64,000 nucleotides of DNA from the NCBI GenBank assembly GCA_038087875.1, contig JAXLNO010000406.1, positions 62,001-126,000 of the forward strand, in the 5' to 3' direction. Positions within the stretch are counted from its first letter, which is position 1. Each line of letters starts with the position of its first letter. Below, piece after piece: positions 35,550-49,849 of the stretch. Position numbers and translations under genes: made by a program. The notes below the pieces were generated by a model. The model was not told the DNA's origin and made no database searches. It worked only from the letters and a program-made list of their open reading frames with translations. This DNA comes from Malacoraja senta. Lineage: Eukaryota.

Positions 35550-36329
35550 ACCCTGTATATGGAAAGGTGCACATTTCGCCTCGCCGATGCGATTACAAAT
35601 CGTTGTTGTCCAGGCGCCCGCGACCCACGGCAGTGTGTGGTTTGTGCGACTCCCTCCCTGCTCTGCACGCTTCTAGTTTACACCCTGCACCATAAACAGT
35701 CACGAAACAGCGAACTGCAAACAGCCGTCGCGATGGCACCGTGTAGAATTCCGTGCTCCCCTATTAAAACGCGGTACACAAACACTCACTATCAAAGGCA
35801 GGGAAAACGTTGCAGTCTGAGTCTGCAGCAGTATCTGTTTGGATTTAGCATTATCCCCGTGCAACTGAGCCACACGTATTCCATTGTAAAGGCAACACAA
35901 CAGCGCGGGTAATAAAAAATCTGCTGCAGATCAATAAGCAGCCGAGATATTTCCCCCTGGAACTGGCTATGTCATGGAACACAGAAGGTAATGTTCGATC
36001 GTTGATGGCTGGCCTTTCTGCACAAAAGCCCGCACGCCTGCCCGCTGTTAATACGCGGAGGAGGGGGATGTGGAAACAGCCTACCTTGCTTTTCTGTTGA
36101 CATCTTGCGGGTGAGCGGAGAGCGATGCCGCAGGAGGTGAAGCGGAGATCGCCGTTTGGGAAATGAACTGCGAGCCTCTCAACATCAACAACGCTACAAC
36201 GACAAATCCGCGGCGAGAAGGGGGGATGCAATGAGGGCAGCGTGCGGAACTGGGTGGAGAGGGGGGCTCAGACCGAGACTGGGAAGGGTAAAAGAATCAT
36301 CGACACCGAAAGATGGAGAGGGATGGATG

Positions 36330-36365
<36 letters not shown>

Positions 36366-36480
36366 CAAGGAAGTGGATCACGATGAGACGAGGCTGTCTG
36401 CTGGGGAGCTTTTTTTTATCAATTTGCCTCTACGGGTAGTAATTACCGTGCGTCAACCAAGCGGTGGAGGGCGCAAGTGA
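35550..36480 (-). promoter_or_regulatory. CpG-rich, TE-free region with a probable promoter and first exon
   Basis: Locally frequent CpG and no recognisable repeats other than (GA)n. Surrounds an ATG followed by a good splice donor on the minus strand. Confidence 0.5.
36085..36103 (-). CDS. Putative 19-nt first coding exon (MSTEKQ, phase 1), PRRT1/SynDIG4-like
   Basis: Minus strand reads CCGCAAG ATG TCA ACA GAA AAG CAA G / GTAGGC, with a Kozak purine at -3 and a canonical donor. Resembles the remembered PRRT1 N-terminus (MSSEKSG). Too short for a confident symbol. Confidence 0.4.
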
Positions 36481-36989
36481 ACATGTTGACATTTTAACTC
36501 TTTCTCACTCTGGTTAGATCAATGGTTCTCACGTTTCGCTGTTCTTTCGAAACAGGTCAGAATTTGCTGGCTTACGTTAACTGCTCTCTTGAACTGAGAA
36601 TCGGGCAAATTTACAGCGCAGAGGAAATCCTTCAGCCCATCCCGCCCCTGATAGCCCCAAAATGGACATCCGATTTCTGTTGTCGAAACGCGGTGGCGCA
36701 GCGGTTGAGTTGCTGCCTCACGGCGCCAGAGACCCTGGTTCGATCCTGACCAAGGGTGCTGCCTGTACGGAGTTTGTACGTTCTCCCTCGTGCATGTTTG
36801 TAGGTTAATTAGCTTGTGAGTGATTGCTGTCGGCGTCAGTGGGTGGTGAATCTGGGGAATGTATTGCCACAGACGGCTGTGGAGGCCAAGACATTGGGCA
36901 TTTTTAAGGCGGATCTTGATAAGATCTTGTTTAGGAAAAGGGTGTAAAAAATTACAGAGAGGAGGCAGGAAAATGGGGTCCAATAGAAC

Positions 36990-38095
<1,106 letters not shown>

Positions 38096-39429
38096 TTAGC
38101 ATTGAATGGCAGAATGGACTTGATGCGCTGAATGACCTAATTCTGCTCCTATGCCTTATGGCCTTATGGGTTATATCTCTCCCAAACTGTTAATTCCGCA
38201 CATTGTGGGCTCACGATTCATCTGTACGTTTTTCAAATTTTAAGGAGCTTTTTTTTGTCTAGTCGACTCTTTCAGGCGGTGAATTCCAGAGCGCGCCATC
38301 TCTTGTTGAGTAAAATAATCCTATTTTCAATCGCTTCCCATCCTACCAATCATTTGGCCCTTCGAGTCAGCACCGCCATTCAATGTGATCATGGCTGATC
38401 ATCCACAATTATTACCCCGTTCCTGTCTTCTTCCCATGTCCCCTGACTCCGCTATCTTCAAGAGCCCTATCTAGCTCTCTTGAAAGTATCCAGAGAACCG
38501 GCCTCCACCGCCGCAGAGAATTCCATAGACTCACAACTCTCTGTGAGAAAAAGTTTTTCCTCCTCTCCGTTCTAAATGGCTCACCGCTTATTCTTAAACT
38601 GTGTGGCCCCTGGTTCTGGACTCCCCCGACATCGGGAACAAGTTTCCTGCCTCCAGCGGGTCCAAACCCTTAATAATCTTATATGTTTCAATATCATGCC
38701 CTCTCATCCTTCTAAACACCAGAGTATACAAGCCCAACACCTCATTGGAGACCCATGGACTATCTTTAATCCGACTTTACTGGACTTCCCCTGCACTGAA
38801 CAATATTCCCTTTATCATGTATCTGTACACTGTGCGTTGCTCGATTGTATTAATCATGTATAGTCTTTCAGCTGCCTGGTTACCATAGCAACATATTTTC
38901 ACTTTACCTCGGTACACGTGACGATAAAGTAAACTAAACAACCCCCCCCCCTGATTATGCACCCTCTCTGGACCTCTCATTATCGTGTACACTTCTATCA
39001 GGTCATTCAATCTCCGTCATTCCAGAGACAACAATTCAGGGTTGTACCGATTCAGCTATCTAATATCCTCTAATCCTGAGAAAACCTCGCCCATTCCTTT
39101 TCTCCAGAGATACTGCCTGACCCGCCCGGTTACTCCAGCACTTTGTGCCTATCTCTCTGGTGTTCACTCTGTCCGGGCCTCTCATACTTCTATTCTCAGT
39201 TACTATGTGGGCTCCTTTAATATATTAACAATTGCATCCCCTAGTGGATTTCGCTGGGAGTAAGCAGAAACTGACCGTGCTGGAATCTTGAGCAAAGCGC
39301 AGCTTGGTTGCATCAAGGCCTGGTCCGGCAACTGCAACGCTCAGAAATGAAGGAGATGAATATTGCCCAGTCGGTCCATCACGGTCCATCACGGAGACTG
39401 ACATCACTTGCATTTAATGTTTAAGAAAA

Positions 39430-40120
39430 CATTGCATATGCTGGAAAAATCGAAGGTGGACAAAAATGCTCGAGAAACTCAGCGGATGAGGCAGCATCTA
39501 TGGAGCGAAGGGATAGGCGACGTTTCGTGTCGAGACCCTTCTTCAGACTGAGGGTGGGCGGGAAGAAGAAAGGAAGAGTCAGAGACAGTGGGCTGAAGGA
39601 GAGCTGGGAAGGGGATGGGAAGGAGGGAGAAAGCAAGGACTACCTGAAATTGGAGAAGTGAAATCGCATATGTTCAAACCGCTGGGGTGGAAACTACCCA
39701 AGTGAAATATGAGGTGCTGCTCCTCAATTTGCGGTAGAACTCACTCTGGCCATTTTGTGTCTATCCTGAGCCTCCTCCATGGTCAGAGTGAGTCCCACCG
39801 CAAATTGGAGGAGCAGCACCTCATATTTCGCTTGGGTAGTTTACACCCCAGCGGTGTGAACATTGACTTCTCCAATTTCAGGTAGTCCTTGCCAAAGATA
39901 CTGGTCCTTGCTTACTCCCTCCTTCCCCTCCTCTTCCCAGCTCTCCCTCAGCCCACTGTCTCCGCCTCTTCCTTTCTTTTTCCGCCCCCCACCCAACCCC
40001 CCCCCCCCCCCCGCATATCAGTCTGAAGAAGGGTCTCGACCCGAAACATCACCTGTTTCCTTCGCTCCATAGATGCTGCCTCACTCGCTGAGTTTCTCCA
40101 GCATTTTTCTCTACCTTCCC
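39430..40120. mobile_element. Two Penelope-like 3' fragments in inverted orientation
   Basis: A minus copy at 39430-39750 and a plus copy at 39765-40120, each with LEEQHLIF-type sequence and a hammerhead-like core (near 39520-39548 and 40023-40050). Confidence 0.75.
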
Positions 40121-40362
40121 TTCCATTTAAAAGATCTAGAAGAGGTGCTGGCTCAAAAAGGCAGCCAGGATCGTCAGAGACCCGCACCATCTAGGCCCCA
40201 CGCTCATTTCACTTCTGTCGTCGGGAAGAAGGTACAGGAGCCTGAAGACGGCAACGTTACAACTCGACGGGTCAGGCAGCATCTTCAGAGAGCATGGACA
40301 GGCGACGTTTCGGGTCGAGACCTGACCAAAAAAACCCAAAAAAAACACGCACGCACGCACGC

Positions 40363-40688
<326 letters not shown>

Positions 40689-41319
40689 TATATACTGGTC
40701 AATATGTGTGTGTGTGGATATGTACATATATACACACTGAAGCTTTTTCCTCCTGTATTATATTGTTTACAGTGTACTGTGTTTACATATTCTGTTGTGC
40801 TACTGCAAGTAAGAATTTAATTCTTCTATCCGAGACATATGACAATAAAACACTGTTGACTCTCCGGACTCTTGAGTTGACTCCTTCTTATTTCCACTGC
40901 CAACCCTAGTCTCAGGATCAGATCAAATCGTTCATAGAATCTCATAGAAATGAAGAAATTAATCCAGGAAATGGTGCAAATACAGGGAAAGGAGATTTCT
41001 GGACGAGGTCTCCTCCTTCCACTGCCGTGATCTGGCGCGGATTTGACCCTCTTATCCCCAACACAAATTTAATTCACCTTCCATTTGACAGGAACAGTCT
41101 CGCAGTCTGCAGCCACTTGTCACATCTGCAATCGTTAAGATTGATCAGATTCTCACCTGGAAAGGGCAGGGCTTCTTCAGTTTAATTTCGTTCAGAGATT
41201 CGGAGGGGAAACAGGCCCTTCGGCCCACCGAGTCCGCGCCGACTAGTAATCACCCTTCTATCCTACACAACAGGAAGAATATACAGAAGCCAATTGATCA
41301 ACAAACCGCGTACGAATAG

Positions 41320-42005
41320 ACAACAGACAATAAACAATAGGTGCAGGAGTAGGCCATTCTGCCCTTCGAGCCTGCACCATTCAATGGGATCATGGCTGAT
41401 CATCCACAATCAGTACCCGTTCCTGCCGTCTCCCATATCCTCTGACTACGCCATCTTTAAGAGCCCTACCTAACTCTCTCTTGAAAGTATCCAGAGAACC
41501 AACGTCCACCGCCCTCTGAGGCAGAGAATTACACAGATTCACAACTCTCTGTGTGAAAAAATGTTTTCTCATCCCCGTTCTAAATGGCTTACCCCTTAAT
41601 CTTAAACTGTGTGGCCCCTGGTTCTGGACTCCCCCAACACCCGGAACATGTTTCCTGCCTCCAGCGTGTCCAAACCCTCAATAATGTTATAAGTTTCAAT
41701 AAGATCCCCTCTCATCTTTCTAAACTGCTGAGTATACAAGCCCAGCTGCTCCATTCTATCAACATATGACAGTCCCGCCATCCCGGGGGATAACCTCATG
41801 AACCTACACTGCACCCCCTCAATAACAAGAATGCCCATTCTCAAATTTGGAGAACAAAACTGCACACAACACTCGAGGTGGGGTCTCACTAGGGCCCTGT
41901 ACACCTGCAGAAAGACATCTTTGCTTCTATATTCAACTCCTCTTGATATGAAGGCCAAATTGCCATTCGCTTTCTTCACTGCCTGCTGTATCTGCATGCT
42001 TACTT
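41320..42005 (-). mobile_element. CR1 LINE 3' fragment
   Basis: ORF 41602-42099 contains [34 protein letters not shown]. Confidence 0.88.
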
Positions 42006-42629
42006 TATGTGGGAAAACCTTTGGAATGTGGGTGGTAACCGGAGCGCCCGGAGAAATCCACGCGGTTCCGGAAACGTGCAAACTCCGGACAGAGAGCACA
42101 CGGGGTTATGATCGAACCCGGGTCTCTGACGCTGTAAGGCAGCATCTCTGTCGCTGCACAATCGTGCCGCCCCAGACACCCCAGGGACGAGGGGGGAAAG
42201 AATGTAAATACAGTGGAGAAAAGTCTTCCTGAAATTCAAAAGAACTTACATTCAATTCAGCAGAAAACTTCCAGGAACGTATGAGTCAAAAAGACAGTGT
42301 GATATTTCTGGAGGTGAGATATTACATGTCAGTTCAGTTCAGCAAATGTAACATTCTCGGGAATTATTTGCTGCGATCATGACACTGAGTATGTGACAGA
42401 TTTGTTTTTCTTCGTGTTCATAAGTTATAGGAACAGAATTAGGTAATTCGCCCCGTCAAGTCAAATCCACCATTCTGTGATGCCACATCTATCTTTCCTT
42501 CTCAACCCCTTTCTCCTGCCTTCTTCCCATCGCCTCAAGACACCCTCACTATTCAAGTTACATAGCAGTGGGAGCCTGGAGCGCCTTGTCAGGGGTGGTG
42601 GTGGAGGCAGATACAATAGTTGCATTTAG

Positions 42630-44385
42630 ATAACAGACAATAGACAGTAGGCAATAGGTGCAGGAGTAAGCCATTCGACCCTCTGCGCCAGCACCACCAT
42701 TCAATGCTTATCATCCACTATCAGTACCCCGTTCCTGCCTTCTCCCCTATCCTTAAGAGCCCTATCTAGCTCTCTCTTGGAAGTATCCAGAGAACCGGCC
42801 TCCACCGCCCTCTGAGGCAGAGAATTCCACAGACTCACAAGTCTCTGTGTGAAAAAGTGATTCCTCATCTAAATGGCTTACCACGTATTCTTAAACTGTA
42901 GCCCCTGGTTCTGGACTCCCCCAACATCGGGAACATGTTTGCTGCCTCTAGCGTGTCCTTAATAATCTTATATTATATATGTTTCAATAAGACGCCCTCT
43001 CATCCTTCTAAATTCCAGAGTATACAAGCCCAGACGCTCCATTCTCTCAGCATATGACAGTCCCGCCACCCCGGGAATTAACCTGAGCCTTTAATAGGCT
43101 TTCAGATCAGCACATTAAAGTGAGGGGAAAAGAGGGATACGAATCATGTGCAGGCTGATGAGGTCAGTTTAACTTGGCAATGTGTAGAAGCAAAGAACTG
43201 CAGATGTTGGTTAATACACAAAAGGACACAAAATGCTGGAGTAACTCGGTAGGCCAGGCAGCATCTCTGGAGAACATGGATATGTGGACGTTTTGGGTCA
43301 ACACCTCTCTTCGGAAAGATTGCGTGTGTGTGTGTATTATGTCGGAGGGAGGGGGGGGGGTGAGAGAGAGAACTGGAAAAAGGACAAATTGTAGGGGAGG
43401 GTTGAGAACAAAGCTGGAAAAGAAGGGTCTGGTCCCGAAATGTCACTGCCTATCCTGCTGAGTTGCTCCAGCATTTTTTGTCTGCCTTCGTCACCGATCC
43501 ATGTTCTCCAGAGACACTGCCCGCTGAGTTACTCCAGCATTTTGTGCCTTTTGTGTCCCATTCGATGGTCTATGTTCCACGTAGGTGGAGGTGGGAGTGT
43601 GGATCAGAGCTTTGGTCAGGCAACCGTCCTTTCAGATTACTGTTGGAGCAATGGTAAAGGTGGTGGATGGGGATGGGAGAGATTTTGCGAGTGTTGGTGT
43701 AACATTGCAGTTGCAAAGATTTCAGAGGCTGATGAGCTCATGTTGATGACATTAGACAATAGACAATAGGTGCAGGAGTAGGTCATTCGGCCCTTCGAGC
43801 CAGCACCGCCATTTAATGTGATCATGGCTGATCATCAACAATCAGTACCCCGTTCCTGCCTTCTCCCCATATCCCTTCACTCCTCTATCTTTAAGAGATC
43901 TATCTAAGGGAGTGCAGCGTAGGTTCACCAGGTTAATTCACGGGTTGGGGGGGACTGTCATATTCTGAGAGAATGGAGCGTCTGGGCTTGTATACTGGAG
44001 TTTAGAAGGACGAGAGGGGATCTTATTGAAGCATATCATATTTAAGGGTTTGAATACGCTAGAGGCACAAAACATGTTCCCGATGTTGGGGCAGTCCAGA
44101 ACCAAGGGCTACAGTTTAAGAATAAGGAGTAATCCATTTAGAACGGAGACGAGTTGTGAGTTGCCTCATAGGGCGGTGGAGGTCGGTTCTCTGGATACTT
44201 TCAAGAGAGAGCTAGATAGGGCTCTTAAAGATAGCGGAGTCAGGGTTATGGGGAGAAGGCAGGAAGGGGGTACTGATTTGGGATGATCAGCCATGATCAC
44301 ATTGAATGGCGGTGCTGGCTCAAAGGGCCGAATGGCCTACTCCTGCACCTATTGTCTATTGTCTATTGTCTATTGTCTATTGTGT
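42630..44385. mobile_element. Cluster of CR1 3' fragments (- 42630-43085, - 43755-43905, + 43905-44385)
   Basis: CR1 tails (GACAATA)n and (TATTGTC)n with ORF2 C-terminal sequence. Confidence 0.8.
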
Positions 44386-44809
44386 AACTCTCTCTTGAAA
44401 GTCTCCTGAGAATTAGCCTCCACTGCCTTCTGAGGCAGAGAATTCCAGAGATTCACAACGAGGTGGTTGGCGAGGTGGAGGCGCGCGGCACCCTGGGTGG
44501 GAGTAAAGAGTATTTTAGTGTCTAATGCCCCAGATAGAACAATGAAATGATGAGGCCAGTTTAATTGGAATCATGTAGAAGCAAGGAATAAAAATACATC
44601 AGATCAGAAAACGTGAAGGCACGATTGAATGAGGAGACGGCGTCTACTTGCGACCCCTTTGCTCTCTTGTTTCACACCTTAGCCTTCCAAACTTCTATGT
44701 CTTCCTCTTCCTTGACTCTCAGTCTGAAGAAGGGTCCTGGCCAGAAACATCACGCATTCCTTCCATTCCTTCTATGGTTGCAGGGGAAAATACAACATAC
44801 AATCCAATA

Positions 44810-45908
44810 TTTTCGCCACCTCCAACGGGATGCCACTACTGGCCACATCTTCCCACCTCTACCCCTTTCTGCTTTCCGCAGAGAACTTTCCCCCCGTAAC
44901 TCACTGATCAACTCGTCCCTTCCCACCCAAACCACCCCTTTCCCAGGTACTTTCCCCTGCAACCGCAGGAGATGCAGCACCTGTCCCCAAACACATCCAA
45001 GAACATAATCAATCTTTAGAGATGAGGCAGAGGTTCACTTGCACCTCCTCCAACCTCCGAAAAGGTGAATTTATTATGGGGAACAAGGAAATGGCAGATA
45101 AGTTGAACAGATACTTTGGATCTGTCTTCACTAAGGAGGACACAAACAATCTTCCTGATATAGAAGTGGCCAGAGGATCTGGGGTGACAGAGGAACTGAA
45201 GGAAATCCACATTAGGCAGGAAATGGTGTTCGATAGGCTGATGGGACTGAAGGCTGTTATATCCCCAGGGCCTGATGGTCTGCATCCCAGGGTACTTAAG
45301 GAGGTGGCTCTAGAAATCGTGGATACATTGGTGAAAATGTTGCCATGTTCTATAGACTCAGGATCAGTTCCTGTGGACTGGCGGGTATCTAATGTTATCC
45401 CACTTTTTAAGAAAGGCGGGACTGAAAACTGAGAATTATAGACCAGTTAGCCTGGCATCGGTGGTGGGGAAGATGCTGGAAACAATTATAAAAGATGAGA
45501 TAGCCGCACATTTGGATAGCAGTAATAGGGTCGGTCCGACCCAGCATAGAGTTACGAAGGGGAAATCATGCTTGACTAATCTTCTGGAATTTTTTGAAGA
45601 TGTAACAAGGAAAATGGACAAGGGACAGCCAGTGGATGTAGTGCACCTGGACTTTCAGAAAGCATTTGATAAGGTCCCACATAGGAGATTAGTGGGCAAA
45701 ATTAGAACACATGGTATTGGGGTAGAGTGCTGACATGGATAGAGAGGTGGTTGGCAGACAGGGAACAAAGAGTAGGGATCAATAGGTCCCTTTCAGAATG
45801 GCAGGCAGTGACTATTGGGGTACCGCAAGGCTCGGTGCTGGGCCGCAGCTATTTACAATATACATCAATGATTTGGATGAAGGGATTCAAAGTGACATTA
45901 GCAAATTT
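44810..45908 (+). mobile_element. Penelope fragment (44810-45057) fused to an internal CR1 ORF2 fragment (45057-45908)
   Basis: RQRFTCTSSNL (Penelope) runs directly into KGEFIMGNKEMADKLN..SPGPDGLHPRVL..LDFQKAFDKVPH (CR1). Confidence 0.8.
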
Positions 45909-46589
45909 GTCGATATGGTCATTTGCAAAATCCAATTCCGATTCTTCTGGTACTATTAAGTCTTTTCACCAATTCTTTAAATAGAATATTGGCCCAAGGG
46001 CAGATAAGGAAGGAACCATAATGTTGGAAGGTGAGGGCGGAGTAGCAGCGACTGTGAAATACAAAATCTGAGCCTCGACCGGAGTCCACAGAGGAAGCTG
46101 GGTTAAATTGCAGTTGCCAATGCAATGATACGTGCCGATCGCCCAGCCTCTGGAATGGAGCCAAGAAATGGGAAACAAAAACACAAGGAACATAGACAGG
46201 CCAGAAGCCAGCAGCAAGGATTAGTGAATTTCAAATATATTGTGCCTATCTTTGGTATAAAGCAGTGAGTGCGGTTCATTTTCATCCAATTCCTTCAACT
46301 GTTTCTTATCACTATTCTTTCCCGCAGCCGTCATATTCACGCACTCCTAACGTCTTATCAACCGCTCCTACAAGTGGAATTTATTGCGAATTACAAATAG
46401 TAAGGGTACTTTGATCCGCGCGTTTGGTGTTGCCAAGAGAGAGCTAGATAGGGCTCTTAAAGATAGCGGAGTCAGCGGATATGGGGAGAAGGCAGGAACG
46501 GGGTACTGATTGGGGATGATCAGCCATGAACACATTGAATGGCGTTGCTAGCTCGAAGGGCCGAATGGCCTACTCCTGCACCTATTGTC

Positions 46590-48482
46590 GACGAGACTAA
46601 GTGGGACCCGTTGGGTCCCATGTTCACACGGGCGGACTGGTCCCCCAACGCAATATTCCACCTCTCCACCAATTTCAATATTGGTGGCCAGTGCGGAGGG
46701 GGGGGGGGGAGTGGGGGTGGGGTGGGGGTGGGGGGTTCTGGAGCGCTAGTATGGGTGTTGTGGGGCGAAGGGACTGGTTTCCAGAGGGCTAGTATGGACA
46801 TTGTGGGCCAATGGATTCTTGGGCTGGCTGCCCAGTCACTGGGGCCTGGTGCGCTGGCAGTTCAGTCACTCGGGCCTGCTGGGCTGGCAGCTCAGGCCTG
46901 GTGGGCTGGCAGCTCAGGCCTGGTGGGCTGGCAGCTCAGTCACTCGGGCCTGGTGGGCTGGCAGCTCAGGTCTGGATGGCTGGCAGCTCAGTCACTCGGG
47001 CCTGGTGGGCTGGCAGCTCAGTCACTCAGGCCTGGTGGGCTGGCAGCTTAGTTACTCTGGCCTGGTGGGCTGGCAGCTCCGTCACTCAGGCCTGGTGGGC
47101 TGGCAGCTCAGGCACTCAGGTCTGGTGGGCTGGCAGCTCAGTCACTCAGGCCTGGTGGGCTGGCAACTCAGTCACTCAGGCCTGGTGGGCTGGCAGCTCA
47201 GTCACTCAGGCCTGGTGGGCTGGCAGTTCAGGCCTGGTGGGCTGGCAGCTCAGTCATTCAGGCCTGGTGGGCTTCCAGCTTAGTCACTCACGGCTGGTGG
47301 GCTGGCAGATCAGTCACTCATGGCTGTTGGGCTGGCAGCTCAGTCACTCACAGCTGGTGGGCTGGCAGCTCAGTCACTCACGGCTGGTGGGCTGGCAGCC
47401 GACTCACTCATGGTTGGTGGTCTGGCAGTTGACTCACGGCTGGTGGGCTGGCAGTTGACTCTCTCATGGCTGGTGGGGTGGCAGTTGACAATCACGGCTG
47501 GTGGGCTGGCAGTTGACTCACTCACGGCTGGTGGGCTGGCAGTTGACTCACTCACGGCTGGTGGGCTGGTAGATGACTCACTCACGGCCAGTGTGCTCAC
47601 ACACACACGCACTCCATCACACACACCCCCTCTATCACACACACACACACACTCCATCTCATACACACACACCCTCCATCTCACACACACACACACACAC
47701 ACATACACACACACACACACACAAACACACTTTCATACGCCCCCTCCATCTCACACACACACCTACCATGTCACACACACACACCATTTTTAACACACAC
47801 ACTCATACCATCCATCACACACTCTCAAACACTCACACACCACATATATACGACAGTAAAATTCTCTTGAACCTACTCACGCGGTTGAGCGCGGCCTCTC
47901 CCCTGAGCCGGAGTTCCGTAGTGAGCGGGACTTCCGGAGTGAGCGCAGACCAACCATTCAATTCAGTTCAAGATTCGTAGAGGAGGCCAACCCTTCAATT
48001 CGGTTCAAGCAGCACAGTGCAGACCAACCCTTCAATTCAGTTCAGGCAGCACAGTGCCGACCAACCCTTCAATTCAGTTCAAGCAGCACAGTGCAGACCA
48101 ACCATTCACTTCATGCACAGTCCAGACTCACAGTTCAGTTCACTCACGGCGTAGACTCACAGTTCTGGACTCAACTCTCACTCACGGTTTTCAGGGGTGA
48201 CTGACTCACGTCCGGCCTCCGGGGCTTTATTCTCCTGGCACCCCAGAAGGAGCGTTACCTTCATCATGGTGACTGACAGCCAAGAAGACCAATCTGTTGA
48301 TCTCACGATTTTTTAAACATTCATAACTTTTTTATTATTTCACCGATCGGAAAAAAACCTTGGGGCGGTTGGAGGAGAGCAGGACGTTGAGTAAAATGTC
48401 TACCAAATCATAGCGATATAGGTAGCCATTTACAACGTAGGCAGGAAGTGGTCAGGATGAGACTTTGAGTAATCGTACAGAT
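46590..48482 (+). mobile_element. Helentron/DINE-like non-autonomous element with internal minisatellites
   Basis: Subterminal palindrome GGGACCC-GTT-GGGTCCC at 46603-46619. Contains a 30-bp array (46830-47590), (CA)-rich sequence and a 35-bp array (about 47945-48110). Inserted into a CR1 (CTATTGT)n tail. The classification is an inference. Confidence 0.55.
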
Positions 48483-49849
48483 TGTCTATTGTTTATTGTC
48501 TAACTCTCTCTTGAAAGCCTCCTGAGAATTGGCCTCCACTGCCTTCTGAGGCAGATAATTCCACAAATTCACAACGAGGTGGTTGGCGAGGTGGAGGCGC
48601 GCGGCGCCCTGGGTGAGAGTAAAGAGTATTTTATTGTCTAATTCCCCAGATAGAAAAATGAAATGATGAGGCCAGTTTAACTTGGCATCATGTAGAAGCA
48701 CAGAATAAAGAGACATGGTATCAGAAAACGTGAAGGCACGATTGAATGAGCAGACGGCGTCTACTTGCGTCCCCTTTGATCTTTTGTTTTCACACCTTTG
48801 CCTTCCAAACGTCTATGTCTCCCTCTACCTTGACTCTCGGTCTGAAGAAGAGTCGTGACCAGAAACGTCGCGCATTCCTTCCATCCAGAGATGCTGCCTG
48901 TTCCGCTGAGTTACTCCCGCATTTTTGTGCCCATCATATGGCGTCGTTGCTTGTGAATCGATTCTGAAAGAAAACAAAAGGAAGATAAAAAAGACACGAG
49001 AAACCGCAGATGCTTGTTTGCCCAAAATCCACAAAGTGCTGGAGTGATTCAGTGAGTCAGGCAGCATCTCTGGAGAAGATGGATCTCCAGAATTGTCCCT
49101 GTTCTCCAGATATTTTGCCTGACCCACTGGGTTACTTCAATATGTTATAAGGTCATAAGGACATAAGTGATAGTTGCAGAATTATGCCATTCGGCCCATC
49201 AAGTCTACTTTGCCAATCAACCATGGCTGATCTATCTCGCTCTCTCCGAACCCAATTCTTCAGCATTCTCCCCATAACTTCTGATACCCATACTAATCAA
49301 AAATCTATGTATCTCCGCCTAAAAAATATCCATTGACTTGGCCTCCACATCATTCTGTGGCAAAGAAATCTGCAGATTAACCGCCCTGAGTGAGGAAATT
49401 CCTCCTCATCTCCTTCCTAAAGGTACGTCCTTTAATTCTGAGACTGCGACCTCTGGTGCTGGACTCTCCCACTAGTGGAAACATCGTCTCCACATCCACT
49501 CTATCCAAACCTTCCACTATTCGATGTTTCAATACGGTCTCCCCCTCACCTTCTCAGTAGTCATAGCCACTCCACCAGCTTCCATGCCCTGACTCGCTTG
49601 AATTTCCGGCATGTTGCTGTTGTCATCCACTGTGAAAACTGATGCAAAAAAAGTTCTTTAATTCCTCTGCCATTTCTTTTATTCCCATTATCACTTCTCC
49701 TGTGTCTTATTTTGTATCTCATACAGGAAAAAGTTGCCTATTGAAAAATAACAAACTATTTACAGGAAATGAAGACCTTTTTCTTGGAAATGGCTTTGTT
49801 TGGTCTAATCGTAAATATTCCTGAATAAGAAAACGATATTTATCATGTG

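Noticed and set aside
35851..36231. 126-aa minus-strand ORF in the CpG-rich region
   Set aside because: No recognisable protein. A different frame gives a better ATG context with an immediate splice donor.
46539..47793. Several long overlapping ORFs (GLVGWQLSHS repeats)
   Set aside because: A stop-free 30-bp minisatellite that is open in several frames.
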